A stretch of 7,256 nucleotides of DNA. Origin: Octopus sinensis (lineage: Eukaryota). The position numbers and the translations under genes were made by a program. Location of the stretch: positions 1 to 7,256 of the forward strand of contig NW_021828939.1 in NCBI RefSeq assembly GCF_006345805.1, given 5' to 3'. How positions within the stretch are numbered: position 1 is the stretch's first letter; every line of letters begins with the position of its first letter. The notes beneath the pieces are model-generated. The model worked only from the letters and a program-made list of their open reading frames with translations. It made no database searches and was not told the origin of the DNA. Below are positions 5,558 to 7,256 of this stretch, piece by piece.

Positions 5558-6818
5558 CGAGGGGCGTTCAATAAGTAATGCCCCTGACCCACTTCCCATA
5601 GCAGAGAGCAACGACACTAGGCACAATTATTAGTCTTTTCCTACATAGGAACTACACAGAGTTATGCATTTCTCCCATCGTTTGATACAGCTCTGGAGAC
5701 CGTTTTCGTAGAAGACCCCAGCTTGGTCCTCCAACCACGACGTGACTTCAGAAATCAAGGCTGCATCATCTGGGAAACGCTTTCCTTTCAAAATCAACTT
5801 CATGGCTGGGAAGAGGTGAAAATCAGAGGGTGCAAGGGGAGGAGTTCATAGCTGCACTCCTGTGCTTCTGATCTGGCGACACGCGAGTTGTGGACCGGAT
5901 TGTCCTGCAGGAGGAGGATGCCTTTGCTGATCTTGCCCCGCCTCTTGATTTTGATAGCTTCTCTTAATTTCCTCAAAAGTGAAACATAATAGGCTCCTGT
6001 AATTGTGGTACCCTTTGCCAGGAAATCTGTCATCACTACTCCGTCCTGGTCCCAGAAGAATGTGAGCATAACCTTGTCAGCGGAGGACTGCACCCTTGCC
6101 TTCTTTGGAGGAGGTGAGTCACGGTGCTTTCACTGCATTGACTGGGCTTTGGTCTCTGGATCATAGTGATGGACCCAGGTGTCATCCTGTGTAATCAGTC
6201 TTTTGAAAAATTTTGACTCATCTTCTTGGCACATCCCTAAATTCATCCTCGAGTACTCAACGCGTTCTTGCTTCTGGAAAGGTGTGAGCAACCTGGGAAT
6301 CCATCTGGCAGACACCTTTTGCATATGCAAATGGTCATGAATGATAGTTTCCACAGACCCGGTACTAATCTTGACCTTATGGGCTATTTGGCGAATAGTT
6401 ATGCGTCGATCTTCCAAAATGGCAGCCTCAACTTGACGGACAGATGCCTCATCAATGGCAGAAGAGGTGCGACCAGATCTGGGAGCTGTTTCCACAGAGT
6501 TCCGACTATGTTTGAATTCACAATGCCAGCGTTTTACAAGGTCATATGATGGGGCATCATCACCATAAGTTACTTTCATTTCATCAAAAGTCTCCCGTGG
6601 TGTGGTCCTTTCAAATACAAAAACCGTATCACTGCTCGACACTCAACAGGCTCCATTTCACACTTGACTCAGTTCAAAACAAAAAAACACAATAAAAACA
6701 CAATAGTTCAGAGCTGTAATTCACTACTTAAACTATAGAGGTATAAATAAGTGCACATGCAAAATTTAAGCTAGATCAAACAAGTGGGTCAGGGGCATTA
6801 CTTATTGAATGCCCCTCG
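5558..6818 (-). mobile_element. Full-length mariner (DD34D) DNA transposon, 1261 bp, inactive; possibly irritans-like
   Basis: 37-bp TIRs at 5558-5594 and 6782-6818 (1 mismatch), a TA duplication at 5556-5557 and 6819-6820, and an internal transposase pseudogene. The subfamily guess rests only on the CGAGGGG terminus, which I recall from Hsmar2. Confidence 0.97.
5630..6656 (-). pseudogene. Mariner transposase pseudogene (~350 aa when repaired)
   Basis: It starts at ATG 6656 with MEPVECRAVIRFLYLKG and continues, after a frameshift, through the HTH region, WIPRLL (WVPHEL equivalent), ITQDDTWVHHYDPE, QDN.PVH and APSDFHLFP to ...KRWEKC...KD* (TAA 5630-5632). Lesions: 1-bp deletion at ~6605, W>TGA at 6130-6132, 3-bp deletion at 5898/5899 and an inferred ~22-bp deletion at ~5835. 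Confidence 0.95.
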
Positions 6819-6883
6819 TATGTCTTGGGATAATCTTAAATGGTGCACGGCCTATTGAGGGAAGGTAGGAGAGTCCAGTTTGC

Positions 6884-6943
6884 TGGAAGAGTCCAGAATC
6901 GCCAGCGAAAAAGAAATTTAAGACTCAACCATCTACTGACAAA
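6884..6943 (+). pseudogene. Short fragment of a second, divergent mariner transposase
   Basis: It translates as WKSPESPAKKKFKTQPSTDK and aligns without gaps to (W)KHRDSPPPKKARVQSSADK of the adjacent element, 10/20 identical when the stop is read as W. Confidence 0.55.
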
Positions 6944-7256
6944 TATCCGTCAAATGTAAATAATGTAAATAATGTACATAATTCCTCATCTCTTAAATAT
7001 AGAACTGTATTATCTAATCGGTACGGAGCCGGCATTAGACTTCAATGGAGACATACAGAGAAACTCCATCAAAAGCTAGCTCATCTTTCAAACCATCTAA
7101 CTTGCCTGGGTAGATGTAGAGACTCAAAGCTAATACCACCTGGCTGAGAATATAATGACACCAGTGGAATAATAATGTATAACATCGAAGAATACCTGAG
7201 GAATTAGAACCCAGGTTTGAAATTTCCCCAAGACACCTGATGAAGGCTGGAGGGTA
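6938..7256 (+). mobile_element. Internally deleted Penelope-like element: leader, ORF N-terminus, then terminal repeat with a hammerhead core at the window edge
   Basis: 7019-7144 reads RYGAGIRLQWRHTEKLHQKLAHLSNHLTCLGRCRDSKLIPPG, with LRI after a 1-bp shift. This fits the PLE N-terminal motif EKL..KLA...NHL.FL.RC....LIP.GL. No RT follows; instead the sequence reaches CTGATGA at 7238-7244. Confidence 0.65.
7238..7256 (+). ncRNA. 5' half of a probable hammerhead ribozyme (truncated by the window end)
   Basis: CUGAUGA followed by a-ggcug (candidate stem II arm), in a PLE context. The GAAA/NUH half is not visible in the window. Confidence 0.45.

Noticed and set aside
6268-6549. 93-aa ORF on the + strand
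   Set aside because: It is an antisense shadow of the transposase, with a non-ATG start and no independent support.

Overview
AT-rich, repeat-dense eukaryotic (animal) DNA with no intact protein-coding gene. The SINE families look like those I recall from octopus/coleoid cephalopod genomes, but this is unverified. From left to right the window holds: a Helitron 3' end, a foldback element, (TA)n, a TA-flanked MITE, a decayed tRNA-SINE head, a frameshifted Penelope-like (PLE) GIY-YIG relic and an RTE-LINE 3' fragment. Next come a full tRNA-SINE with TSD, a SINE made of one head plus four tandem bodies inside a 15-bp TSD, a (TG)n array with ~140-bp higher-order structure and a SINE tail. Then follow a ~280-bp module carrying a complete type I hammerhead ribozyme embedded in (TA)n, a full-length but dead mariner, a second mariner fragment, and an internally deleted PLE that runs into a second hammerhead core at the window edge. 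The most notable signals are the hammerhead ribozyme at 4904-4999 (-) and the terminator-free head+4x-body SINE array.
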